A DNA stretch of 40,955 nucleotides from Archaeoglobus sp. JdFR-37 (GTDB lineage Archaea > Halobacteriota > Archaeoglobi > Archaeoglobales > Archaeoglobaceae). Numbering within the stretch: the stretch's first letter is position 1; the number at the start of each line of letters is the position of its first letter. The position numbers were made by a program, and so were the translations under genes. Shown in pieces: positions 25,647 through 35,129 of the stretch. The stretch is taken from positions 1 to 40,955 of the forward strand of contig MTMY01000038.1 of assembly GCA_002010215.1 (NCBI GenBank), in the 5' to 3' direction. The notes under the pieces were generated by a model. The model did not search any database, was not told the DNA's origin, and saw only the letters and a program-made list of their open reading frames with translations.

Positions 25647-26906
25647 TCATAAAACCCTCATGTACTTCTCTCCCTGACCAAGCTCTTTCGTGGCATCTAT
25701 TCCCCATTTGTCTGACGTTTCGTTATCATAAGCGGAAGGATCAAGGCTGCTGCCCCTTGCACCCTTCACCACCACAAGATCTCTGCCAGCCTGAAATCTG
25801 GTGGCAATTGCATATTCAACATCCTCGCTGCTGTAGATGTTGATGTCTTCATCCACGACCACCACCCTTTTCAGACTCGGATGCCCTGTGAAGGCTGCAA
25901 GAATGGCGTTCTTCCCATCACCTTCCCTTTTCTTCTCAATCTGGACAATGGCATGGAAGTAATGTCGCCCACCAGCTGTCAGAACAACATTCCTCACCCT
26001 GCAGACCCTTGAAACTGCTTTGTAAATCTCCCCCTCATATGGCAGCCCCATCAGCAGCTGATGTTCGTAATCTGCAGGCGTTATTGAGTAGTAAACGGGA
26101 TTATCCTTAACGAACATGGCATCAAATTCCACAACCGGTTCCAGTCTTACTCTATCATAGGTGCCGGTCAGATCAACAAAGGGGCCTTCTTCAACCCTCT
26201 CAGCAGTAATTCTGCCGAAAAGAATGATTTCTGAATCAGGAATCAGCATATCATTTAGCCTGAAGAGTTCCAGCTTGCCCATCAGCTTTGCAGCATACCT
26301 GAACTCGCTCATGTCTGTTCTAGTTGAGGCAGCAAGCATGAAGAGGGGGTGTGGAGATATGGAAACTGCTATTGGTAGCTCTTTACCCTTCCCGACGGCT
26401 TCCTGCCACATCAGAAAGGTGTGGCGGGGCTGAACTAGGCGAATGGCAGCTCTTCTGTCATCCAGCACCATCATTCTGTGTATGCTTACGTTGTAGGCAT
26501 CGACATCATCAGCATTGCTCCACGGGAGTCGGGAGATAACACATCCCGCTGTTATGTACCTGGCCTTATCATGAGGGAAGTACTTTGGCACCGGTAAATC
26601 TGAAAGCTTGGCTTTTCTCTCCTTCAGCTCCAGTTGCTCTGGTTCTTCGCCAAGGGTAATCTCTCCATCTCTCTTGGAAACCTCTACCATAAAAGGTGCA
26701 AAATCCTCTCTGCATATTCCCAGATGACCACAAATGAGATCTCTTGTAGCCAGAAAGTTCGTTGCCAGCTTTTTACCTTCCACATTCAAAAGCAGCGGAG
26801 TCTGGCGGAGATCCTTTGAATGAATAAAATCCACAACCTTGTCATGCCTGATATCGTCATCAAACCTCTGATATGAGACACTTTTCAGGACATCCCGAAA
26901 ATTCAT
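25647..26906 (-). CDS. UbiD-family prFMN decarboxylase (probable anhydromevalonate-phosphate decarboxylase)
   Basis: NVSIHRM, EGPFVDLTGTYD, VVVDEDI, SSLDPS, GIDAT; close to the aconitase X genes. Confidence 0.88.
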   Translation of the reverse strand: MNFRDVLKSVSYQRFDDDIRHDKVVDFIHSKDLRQTPLLLNVEGKKLATNFLATRDLICGHLGICREDFAPFMVEVSKRDGEITLGEEPEQLELKERKAKLSDLPVPKYFPHDKARYITAGCVISRLPWSNADDVDAYNVSIHRMMVLDDRRAAIRLVQPRHTFLMWQEAVGKGKELPIAVSISPHPLFMLAASTRTDMSEFRYAAKLMGKLELFRLNDMLIPDSEIILFGRITAERVEEGPFVDLTGTYDRVRLEPVVEFDAMFVKDNPVYYSITPADYEHQLLMGLPYEGEIYKAVSRVCRVRNVVLTAGGRHYFHAIVQIEKKREGDGKNAILAAFTGHPSLKRVVVVDEDINIYSSEDVEYAIATRFQAGRDLVVVKGARGSSLDPSAYDNETSDKWGIDATKELGQGEKYMRVL

Positions 26907-26945
26907 GTTGTAAGCTTTCTCAACTCTTATTTACCCTTTTTCCTA

Positions 26946-28589
26946 TCACTGCTCTCTATTTCTCCTCTTCCTCCGCACCTCTACTGCATATCCCTTGGTT
27001 GCCTCCACCATCTCATCGCCGAACATCAACGCCCTTCCAACGCCTATCATGGTGGAGTTGTAGAATACCACGTAGTCTCCCGGTTTTATTCTGCTGTCTG
27101 CCTCTAAAACTGCGGGGGCAAAAATTGTCCCTTTTGGGTCGAAATCATCAATTTTGACAGCGTATCTGTCAAGTTCAAGGAGCTTTTCGGCAAGCATGAA
27201 ATCGGGTTCCAAGCAGCCGTAGCGGGCATCTATTCTGGCAACTCTGAGCCTCTGATCAAACAGCTCCAGCTCAGGATACCTGCCCCTCGGCCTTCCACCA
27301 ACCTCCATTCCGAACTGATACAGGCAGGCATGCCTGAAAATTTCTTCATACAGGTCAAACGCTCCCTTATCAGCTTTCTCAAGCTCCAGTCTGAGCCTGC
27401 TGAGGGATTCCGACGATAAAACATTGCCCTCTGCCGTGAAGATACAATCCATTCCCGCAATGCTTAAAGCCTTCTCCACAGCCTTACTGTAACCCCCTTC
27501 CACGTGAGCGATAATAGTTTCGAATTCTCCCTTAATCAAAATACTTGCAAGCCTTTCAGCAACGAAATTAATCTCCTCCTCACTCCAGTACCCTGTAACA
27601 GGCGTATCGTAATTGATGGCAGGGTAAACAAGCTCCAACTCCCTCGGAACCACAAGGGGTGAGGAAATTATTATCTCGTTCACACCCCTTATGAGCCTAC
27701 CCACGGCATTTCTGATAGTTCTATGGGTTTTTGAAGTTAGATAGGGCTTTCTTGCGGAGCACGGGAGCAGCAGGACTGTTTTTGATTTGGGAGAATACAC
27801 TTCGGCCGAACGCTGAAAGAAATACGTTACCTCTGGCTTGCTGAAGGATTCAATTGTGTTGAAATACGCTGTACTTCTCCTGAACCTCTGGAACCTGGCT
27901 TTCTGGTATTTAGCGTTAATATAGGCTTTTAATTGGTCGTCGGCAATCCTCAGCATCACTGTAAGCTCTGGGCTGGCCTTGCACTTCATCTCCACGTAAT
28001 TTCTGAGCTCTTCCCTTTTGATTAACTCTCTTACGAGCATTGCTTCATTCTGCAGCATTGCTGTGTTATGTCTCACAACATTCTCTACATCAAGACCTTC
28101 TCTGCAAGCTTCACACTGACATGGGGGGTTAGAAATTGATGATACTTCAAGCTCGCCCCATGGGGTGAAGTAAAAGCCCTCATAGGCCCTTGAGATGGCC
28201 AGGATGTTGTCAAAGATGTCTACTCCAAGGTATGCCAGAATGGGAAGATTAGAAGGTGTTGCAGCAGCAACGGCGTAGATGGGTTTTACCGCACTTTCCT
28301 TTTTGATAGAAGTTATCAGCTCTACAACCCGTCTGGCAGGCATTGCCTTGAGACCTGTCAGCACTTCGATACCTTTATTTCTGGCCTTTAAGGCCTCATA
28401 AAGCTCTGGAGCTATATCTGAGGCGGCATCCGGTACAACTCCAAAATCCAGTTTCATGAATTCGTTCTCTTTTGTAAAATCGATGACATAAGGAGTCACA
28501 TAGCTGTTTTCCAGCCTGATTTCAGCTATTCTTGCAGCACTGTCTCTCTTGATTAGGGACACGTTTATCCGGAACTCATTTATCTCCAT
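26946..28589 (-). CDS. arcS: Archaeosine synthase alpha subunit
   Basis: Degenerate TGT-like N-terminus, LLPCSARKPY, VPRELE..YP...YDTPVTG, C-terminal PUA domain. Confidence 0.92.
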   Translation of the reverse strand: MEINEFRINVSLIKRDSAARIAEIRLENSYVTPYVIDFTKENEFMKLDFGVVPDAASDIAPELYEALKARNKGIEVLTGLKAMPARRVVELITSIKKESAVKPIYAVAAATPSNLPILAYLGVDIFDNILAISRAYEGFYFTPWGELEVSSISNPPCQCEACREGLDVENVVRHNTAMLQNEAMLVRELIKREELRNYVEMKCKASPELTVMLRIADDQLKAYINAKYQKARFQRFRRSTAYFNTIESFSKPEVTYFFQRSAEVYSPKSKTVLLLPCSARKPYLTSKTHRTIRNAVGRLIRGVNEIIISSPLVVPRELELVYPAINYDTPVTGYWSEEEINFVAERLASILIKGEFETIIAHVEGGYSKAVEKALSIAGMDCIFTAEGNVLSSESLSRLRLELEKADKGAFDLYEEIFRHACLYQFGMEVGGRPRGRYPELELFDQRLRVARIDARYGCLEPDFMLAEKLLELDRYAVKIDDFDPKGTIFAPAVLEADSRIKPGDYVVFYNSTMIGVGRALMFGDEMVEATKGYAVEVRRKRRNREQ

Positions 28590-30037
28590 ATAATCACCGC
28601 ATTTTCTGGCAGATCTTTGAGATACTCTCTCCAGACCTCTGAGGCGAAGATTCTGAATTTCTTATCCCTGTGATATGCCAGAAACTTCCTCAAACCTTCA
28701 ACGGCAATCAGAAACGCCTCAATTTCAACGTCGCTTTCCGGCATCTCCGCATGCCCTGCAGGGTAAACCTCCAGCATCTCTGCTGGAACAACTCCAAAGA
28801 CGGGCTTTAGGTAGAAATCAGCTGCAATGCCGTGGTCAGTTGAGATTGTCACCCCCTCTTTCTCCACATCAATCCTCAGAACCCTTTCATGATGCCTTGA
28901 AATGGCTGGCCTGGAACAGCTATCTGCGGAGGTGTAGAAGAAGACCTTCTTCATAGTGGGATCATACTTTTCCATCAGGGCCACGTATTTCCTCACAGCT
29001 CTCCACGCAGCCACCAGACTTGGATGGTTCCTGATTCTGCTCTCCACAAGTTCAAAGAGAGTGTTGTCCCTTATGGCCTGCTTTACCCTTCTGAGCTCCT
29101 CGAAGCTCACGTAGAGGTTGTGTTCTGCCATCAGCATCTGTCTCTCTTTCTTATCCATCCTTCTCAGCTCTTCAGGTGTGTGGGAGAGGCAGACAGGGCA
29201 GCTGCACGGGAAATACTGCAGTTCGGCAAGCTTCTTTGTTCCGTAAGGTGTAAGGTAGCGGTCATCCTTGGCATACAGGGCATAGGCAGCAGAGTCGAAA
29301 AGATCACAGCCTAAAGCAGTAAAGAGAGAGAAAACCATGGGATGGCCGGCACCGAAAAGATGTATGGGTTTAATGGGAGATATGACGCTCTTAACCTCCA
29401 GAATTATTTTTGCAACATCGGCAAAGCGGTAAGTGTCAAGGAGAGGAACAACACCCCCAACAGGTATCACGTCTCCAAGGTTTTGCACTTCTTCAGCACT
29501 CTTACGCCTGAGTTCTGGATGTGTTGAACCCTGAACTGGAGCGGCTAGGAGGAGCGGGTTGTCGTTCTGAAAATGGATCTGATGAGCCTCCCGCTCCCTT
29601 TCTAAAGTTATATTCAAATCGTTGCGGGCTGTATCAAAATCCGCATCTGGGGGCGTTGGTATGTCGAGAGGAACCACTATGTCGCTGCCTATTCTGTTCT
29701 GGAACTCAACAATTGTCCTGTTGTCTATCTCCACGTCTCCATACACCATGAGCTGATAACTGCCGCTGTCCGTCATCACCGGCAGATCTACGCCGAGAAG
29801 AGAGTGAAGCCCATTCTTCAACGCCTTCTCCCTGAGCTTTGAGGTTCGATAGATGATATAGGAGTTTGTTATGAGGATTTCTGCCCCAAATTTCTTCATT
29901 TCTGAGGGGGTGATGAAGTCAATATTTGGATTGATTACGGGCATCAAAGCAGGAGTTTCAACGCTGCCGTGGGGAGTCTCAAGCTTTCCGATTCTTCCCA
30001 TGGCATCTTTGTGGAGTATCTCAAAAACCTGACGCAT
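28580..30037 (-). CDS. tgtA: Archaeal tRNA-guanine(15) transglycosylase
   Basis: TPALMPVINP, MTDSGSYQL, QGST, HLFGAGHP, FDSAAY, zinc site CSCPVC...H. No C-terminal PUA domain. Confidence 0.95.
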   Translation of the reverse strand: MRQVFEILHKDAMGRIGKLETPHGSVETPALMPVINPNIDFITPSEMKKFGAEILITNSYIIYRTSKLREKALKNGLHSLLGVDLPVMTDSGSYQLMVYGDVEIDNRTIVEFQNRIGSDIVVPLDIPTPPDADFDTARNDLNITLEREREAHQIHFQNDNPLLLAAPVQGSTHPELRRKSAEEVQNLGDVIPVGGVVPLLDTYRFADVAKIILEVKSVISPIKPIHLFGAGHPMVFSLFTALGCDLFDSAAYALYAKDDRYLTPYGTKKLAELQYFPCSCPVCLSHTPEELRRMDKKERQMLMAEHNLYVSFEELRRVKQAIRDNTLFELVESRIRNHPSLVAAWRAVRKYVALMEKYDPTMKKVFFYTSADSCSRPAISRHHERVLRIDVEKEGVTISTDHGIAADFYLKPVFGVVPAEMLEVYPAGHAEMPESDVEIEAFLIAVEGLRKFLAYHRDKKFRIFASEVWREYLKDLPENAVIIWR

Positions 30038-30283
30038 CGCTCTGCTTTAAGCTGGCAGGTATAAAATTGTTTAGCATGCTTGGTTGGTTCCTGCTTCCAG
30101 CTAATTGATCCAGCTCAATCTTCTCAATATTTATCCCTCCCACCCAGCCCATCCTCCATCCCTTAGCTTCATCTGTTTGGATTTGATGGGGGTGCTGAAT
30201 GATTTAAGGGGGGTGATTTTAAGATAATCACAACCAGTAACCTTCGAAAACGTTATGTACTCAATACATCTGGTGTAAAAACC

Positions 30284-30718
30284 ATGGGGCTCTTCGGCAC
30301 AAAGGCCAGTCTGTTCTCAGATATAAGCCTGATTCTTGAATTCCTTGTTACGGCTTTCTTCATTGTAGGGATAAGGTATGCTGGAAAGGTGAAAAGGAAG
30401 CACTGCATGCTCATGGCCACAGCTTTCACCTTGGACGTCTCGTTCATGGTGAGCTACATGATAAAAAGCCTGATTGAAGGGAGAACAGAATTTGTGGGAC
30501 CTGAAACGATAAAACTCTATGTATATCTTCCAACCGTCATAATCCATTCCATCATATCGCTGCTGGTTCTTTTTATGGCGGCATACATGGTCTTCAGCGG
30601 GTTCAGGGGATGGACAGAAAGACACAGAAAACTGGGAATGCTTACATTCTACACATGGCTAATTTCCTTCGCCTCCGGCATCGCCGTTTATCTGCTGCTG
30701 TATGTCCTATTCATCTGA
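30284..30718 (+). CDS. DUF420-like membrane protein
   Basis: Four TM segments with conserved-looking His residues (KRKH, IIHSI, RHRKLG) and ASGIAVY. Confidence 0.75.
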   Translation: MGLFGTKASLFSDISLILEFLVTAFFIVGIRYAGKVKRKHCMLMATAFTLDVSFMVSYMIKSLIEGRTEFVGPETIKLYVYLPTVIIHSIISLLVLFMAAYMVFSGFRGWTERHRKLGMLTFYTWLISFASGIAVYLLLYVLFI

Positions 30719-30738
30719 TTTTTATCTGAATTTAGGCC

Positions 30739-30852
30739 TTACTTGAGTCTTTTTTCTATTTCCATGGCTTTCCTTAATGCTGTGAGGAACATTGCGGCGA
30801 TGACGATCATCACAGCCAGCGTGGCAGCAAAAACTGCTGTAAAGTCGCTCAT
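30739..30852 (-). CDS. CcmD-like single-TM peptide (37 aa)
   Basis: MSDFTAVFAATLAVMIVIAAMFLTALRKAMEIEKRLK; ATGA overlap with the ccmC stop; GGAGGTGG RBS. Not in ORF track. Confidence 0.72.
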   Translation of the reverse strand: MSDFTAVFAATLAVMIVIAAMFLTALRKAMEIEKRLK

Positions 30853-31517
30853 TCTTCCACCTCCTCAGCCTTAATTTTCAGAAATTCCAGTTTTGATTCA
30901 AGAATGAAAAAAGAGATGTAAATCAGAAGAAAAGCCGTTATCATCATTCCCAGCGTAGAGCCAACTTTCACACCCAAGGAAATTCCAGAAAGGGGAACCG
31001 TGCTTGGAGAAGGATGAAGGGAGAAGTATATTCTGGTGGAGAAGTAGCTAAGGGGAACAGTTGCATATGCAAAGATTGCCAGAATAGATGAGTTCTTTGC
31101 CCTCTCCTCAGGGGTGTCGATGGAGGAGCGTAGCGCGAAGTAGGCAGCATAGGCGAACCAGAGGATCAGAACTGCCGTCTCTCTTGGATCCCAGTTCCAG
31201 AAAGAGCCCCAGGCAACCCTGGCCCATATAGATCCGCTAATAAGAGCTGCTGTGATGAAGAAAAAACCGGCTTTAGCTGAACTCGAAGCATAAATATCCC
31301 ATTTATAATCTCTAGTCCTAAGATAATTTATGGCTGTAACAAGAGTTACAGTAAAAGCCGTGAAGGACGTGATGGCTGATGGAACGTGGAAGAATATTAT
31401 GCGGTAATTGTTCTCAAGCTGCGGCTCAACTGATGGTGGGAGCATAACCAGGCCTCTGAAGCTACCATAGGCGAAAAGGAGAATTGCCAGAAGCATAACG
31501 GGTATAAGCTTCCTCAT
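30849..31517 (-). CDS. ccmC: Cytochrome c maturation heme-handling protein CcmC
   Basis: RIIFFHVP, WWD motif WARVAWGSFWNWDPRET, SLHP. Confidence 0.92.
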   Translation of the reverse strand: MRKLIPVMLLAILLFAYGSFRGLVMLPPSVEPQLENNYRIIFFHVPSAITSFTAFTVTLVTAINYLRTRDYKWDIYASSSAKAGFFFITAALISGSIWARVAWGSFWNWDPRETAVLILWFAYAAYFALRSSIDTPEERAKNSSILAIFAYATVPLSYFSTRIYFSLHPSPSTVPLSGISLGVKVGSTLGMMITAFLLIYISFFILESKLEFLKIKAEEVEE

Positions 31518-31624
31518 GGCTTGATTTTACATCTGACAGATATTTAACCTTTTACTTTGCCTTACTCAAGCATAACTTTCACATCACCCGAAAGTATTAA
31601 AACGTCTGAAGATAAAATAAATCC

Positions 31625-31855
31625 ATGGTTATCGGCGTTACCATGGTGAATGTCTCGCCTGGCAGTGAGAAAGAGGTTTATACCAAGGTTAAGGAGATGA
31701 AAAACGTCAGGGACATTTACCATGTGTTTGGAGAATTTGACTTCGTTGTGATAATTCAGGCTGACAGTCTATCCGACCTGAACAGAACTGTTGATGCGAT
31801 TAGAGAGATTAAAGGTGTTACTAAAACCCAGACGGTTGTAGGTGCAGAAATTTGA
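31625..31855 (+). CDS. Stand-alone Lrp/AsnC ligand-binding-domain protein
   Basis: VFGEFDFVV, IREIKGVTKTQT; no HTH domain. Confidence 0.88.
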   Translation: MVIGVTMVNVSPGSEKEVYTKVKEMKNVRDIYHVFGEFDFVVIIQADSLSDLNRTVDAIREIKGVTKTQTVVGAEI

Positions 31856-31885
31856 AGATAAAAAGAAAAAACAGGCATTCAGAAC

Positions 31886-33718
31886 ATGATAGCTGAGGAG
31901 CTGGCCAAGAAACAGAAAGAGATTAGCATTGCAGAGTTCTTTGAGAAGAACAAGCACATACTTGGCTATTCCAACCCCTCGAAAAGCCTCATTACATGTG
32001 TTAAAGAAGCCGTGGACAACGCCCTCGATGCATGCGAAGAAGCAGGAATTTTGCCAGATATAATGGTTCAGATAACGAGGGTTGACAAGAACACCTTCCG
32101 AATCGTTGTTGAAGATAACGGGCCTGGCATAGTGAAAGAGCAAATTCCAAAAATTTTCGGGAAGTTGCTTTATGGCTCACGCTTTCATGCCATAAGACAG
32201 AGCAGGGGACAGCAGGGCATAGGCATAAGCTCAGCCGTCTTGTATGCTCAGCTCACAACGGGAAAACCAACGATTATTACATCCAAAACATCACCTAATG
32301 AGGAGGCCTGGAAGGTATCTGTTTTCATAAATACCAGAAAGAATGAACCAGAGATAGTTGAAGAGGAGCAAGTTGAGTGGCACCGTCCAAGAGGAACAAG
32401 AATTGAGCTGGAGATTCAGGGGAGCTACGTTAAGGAGCGAAAGCAGAGCGTGTTTGAGTACCTAAAAGAGACTTCAGTTGTCAACCCCCACGCTAGAATT
32501 ACCCTTATTGATCCAGATGGAGACATCTATGAGTTCGAGAGGGTGAGCGAAGAGCTCCCCGAAATTCCGAAGGAAATCAAACCCCATCCCCACGGAATCG
32601 AGCTCGGAACCCTTATGGCAATGCTGAGATACACGAAAGCCAAGGATCTGAAAGGCTTTCTGAAAAGTGAGTTTGTGAGAGTTGGAGATAAAATCGCAGG
32701 TGAGGTTCTGAGTAGAGCAGGTTTTAGCGGTAGAGAAGATCCCCAGCAGCTTACGAGGGATGACGCTGTAAGGCTCCTCAACGCCTTCATGGAAACAGAT
32801 TTCTTGCCGCCTCCTACTGACTGCCTGTCTCCTATTGGAGAAAGCCTGATAATGAGGAGCCTACTATCAGAATACAAACCAGAATTCGCCTATGCTGTGA
32901 CAAGAAAGCCCAAGGTTTATTCCGGGCATCCTTTTCTGATTGAGGTTGGAATTGCCTATGGGGGGGAGCTGAGAAGCGATGATAAGGTTATTCTGCTTAG
33001 ATTTGCCAACAAAATCCCCCTGCTCTATCAGCAAAGTGGTTGTGCTCTAACAAAAGCTGTAGAAAGCGTTAACTGGAAGTCATACGGGCTTCAGCAGAGC
33101 AGAGATGAACTTCCGGTTGGACCTGCAGTCATACTTGTCCATCTTGCATCCACAAACATCCCCTACACATCCGAATCAAAAGAGGCAATTGCAGCAATTC
33201 CCGAAATCATAGATGAAGCTCGTCTCGCCTTACAGGAAGCGGGAAGGAGATTGAAAGAGTACGTTGACAGAAAAAACAGGTTGCAAAGCAAGAAGAAAAA
33301 GGAGGAGGTTCTAAACAGAATCCTACCGCTTCTGGCTAAGAAAGTCTGTGAGGTGCTGGAAGTCGAGCCCTTAGATGTTGAGAAAGTAGTTGCCAGAATA
33401 ATGGGGAACTTCCATGTAGAGAGAGTTGTGAATCAGAGAGATGGTTTCGCTGAAGTGGAGCTATCTGTTTCCAACTATACCCGCTCCAAGAAGAGTGTGA
33501 AGATTATAGAGATGTGCAGGGGAGAGGTTGAAGTAAACGAGGCAGATGGAGCAAATGTCAGGGAAGGGACGATAACAACTGTTAGCTGGAATCTTACCCT
33601 TGAGCCTGATCAAGAACTTAAACTTCGCTATAGGTGCAAGGAGATCGTGAACAGGAAGCCCTACGTTGAGGGAGTGGAGCCCGAGATTCTGAGCGGTGGG
33701 GAGGTGATGCCCCTCTGA
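31886..33718 (+). CDS. top6B: DNA topoisomerase VI subunit B
   Basis: [45 protein letters not shown]. Confidence 0.97.
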   Translation: MIAEELAKKQKEISIAEFFEKNKHILGYSNPSKSLITCVKEAVDNALDACEEAGILPDIMVQITRVDKNTFRIVVEDNGPGIVKEQIPKIFGKLLYGSRFHAIRQSRGQQGIGISSAVLYAQLTTGKPTIITSKTSPNEEAWKVSVFINTRKNEPEIVEEEQVEWHRPRGTRIELEIQGSYVKERKQSVFEYLKETSVVNPHARITLIDPDGDIYEFERVSEELPEIPKEIKPHPHGIELGTLMAMLRYTKAKDLKGFLKSEFVRVGDKIAGEVLSRAGFSGREDPQQLTRDDAVRLLNAFMETDFLPPPTDCLSPIGESLIMRSLLSEYKPEFAYAVTRKPKVYSGHPFLIEVGIAYGGELRSDDKVILLRFANKIPLLYQQSGCALTKAVESVNWKSYGLQQSRDELPVGPAVILVHLASTNIPYTSESKEAIAAIPEIIDEARLALQEAGRRLKEYVDRKNRLQSKKKKEEVLNRILPLLAKKVCEVLEVEPLDVEKVVARIMGNFHVERVVNQRDGFAEVELSVSNYTRSKKSVKIIEMCRGEVEVNEADGANVREGTITTVSWNLTLEPDQELKLRYRCKEIVNRKPYVEGVEPEILSGGEVMPL

Positions 33719-34797
33719 AGGAGATTGAAAGGAGATGTCTTACAGCATTGCTTTCCATCGTGGAGAGGATGTACAACCAGCTGAAAGCTGGCAGAATCCC
33801 TGAGCTTGATATAGCCACTAGAACGAAGTATAACATTGAATTTAATGAAGAAAGCGAAGTCTGGGTTTATGGAGCGAGAACGTCAAAGAGGACGGCAAAA
33901 ACGGTTAAAGGAGCCTATCAGCTCCTAAGAATGGCCCACGTCATCGGCTTTTTGAAAGAGCAGCTAAACCTCAACAAATCTTCGACACTGAGAGAGCTTT
34001 ATTACATTTCAGAAAACTGGGGGCTGGCAAAGTTTGAGGAACAACAAGACAGCGACAGGCTGATTGAAGACCTTGAAATTCTGACTGAGTTTCAGAGAGA
34101 GCACTTCCACATAAGGCCTGAGGAAGATGGAGCTACAGTCATAGGACCCTTGAGGATAAGAGAGGAGACCAGGAGAGGTGTAAGAGAAATACACTGTCAG
34201 GACGATGTTGGAGAGGGCGGCTATCAGATTCCAACCAATGTTGACAACATCCAATTTCTCGACCACGATGCGAAATTCGTGATAGCAATAGAGACAGGCG
34301 GTATGAGGGACAGGCTCGTGGAAAACGGATTTGATGAGAAGTTCAATGCCATCATAGTCCATCTGAAAGGTCAGCCAGCCAGAAGTACAAGGAGACTGCT
34401 TAAGAGGCTTAATACCGAGCTTAATTTGCCTGTGGTGGTGTTCACAGATGGCGACCCCTGGAGCTACCGCATCTATGCCAGCGTTGCCTATGGCTCAATC
34501 AAATCTGCTCACCTCAGCGAGTATCTTGCAACTCCTGCTGCCCAATTCGTTGGAATCAGGCCCTCTGACATCGTGAAATATGATTTGCCATCTGACAAGC
34601 TGAACGAGCAGGACATAAGAGCTCTCAATGCAATTCTAACGGATCCTCGCTTCGAAACGGAGTTCTGGAAGAAAGAAGTAAATCTTCAGCTTGAACTCAA
34701 CAAGAAGTCAGAACAGCAGGCTCTGGCCAAATACGGGCTAGATTATGTGAGCGATGTTTACTTGCCGGAAAGGCTTACGGAGCTGGGAGTGATTTAA
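33715..34797 (+). CDS. top6A: DNA topoisomerase VI subunit A
   Basis: TLRELYY (catalytic Tyr), IETGG, TDGDPW, EQQAL. Start proposed at CTG 33715; the ORF track uses TTG 33748. Confidence 0.95.
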   Translation: MKEIERRCLTALLSIVERMYNQLKAGRIPELDIATRTKYNIEFNEESEVWVYGARTSKRTAKTVKGAYQLLRMAHVIGFLKEQLNLNKSSTLRELYYISENWGLAKFEEQQDSDRLIEDLEILTEFQREHFHIRPEEDGATVIGPLRIREETRRGVREIHCQDDVGEGGYQIPTNVDNIQFLDHDAKFVIAIETGGMRDRLVENGFDEKFNAIIVHLKGQPARSTRRLLKRLNTELNLPVVVFTDGDPWSYRIYASVAYGSIKSAHLSEYLATPAAQFVGIRPSDIVKYDLPSDKLNEQDIRALNAILTDPRFETEFWKKEVNLQLELNKKSEQQALAKYGLDYVSDVYLPERLTELGVI

Positions 34798-34918
34798 GAC
34801 AGGAATTAACGGAAGGTTTTATTCGTATTACAGTTTTTACCAGAGAATTTCTGGCTCAAAATCAACCGGACGCAACACAACATAATGTTTTTAATTCCTT
34901 CTGCAGGCATGATGCGAA

Positions 34919-35086
34919 ATGATTGGTGTGACAAGATACTGTGTTGGCTGCAGCTTCTGCAGACTTGTATGCCCTACCGGGGCAATAGAGGTGATGGGTA
35001 AGGCAGAGATTAATCACGAACTCTGCATAGAATGCAAGAAATGTGTATCTTACTGCCCTCTGGAAGCTCTGAGGGTAATAGAATGA
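34919..35086 (+). CDS. 2x[4Fe-4S] ferredoxin (55 aa)
   Basis: MIGVTRYCVGCSFCRLVCPTGAIEVMGKAEINHELCIECKKCVSYCPLEALRVIE, with two CxxCxxCxxxCP motifs. Not in ORF track. Confidence 0.93.
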   Translation: MIGVTRYCVGCSFCRLVCPTGAIEVMGKAEINHELCIECKKCVSYCPLEALRVIE

Positions 35087-35129
35087 ATTACGGTGAAAAT
35101 CCAATGAAATTTACCCAGAGAGGGATTGA

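Noticed and set aside
26946..30037. PUA-less TgtA next to ArcS as a novelty
   Set aside because: Short or split archaeal TGT and tgtA-arcS linkage are already known.
34840..34855. CCAGA-N5-TCTGG palindrome upstream of the ferredoxin
   Set aside because: Arms are only 5 bp and there is a single copy; not distinguishable from chance.
34862..35104. 80-aa minus-strand ORF
   Set aside because: Antisense to the clear ferredoxin at 34919-35086.
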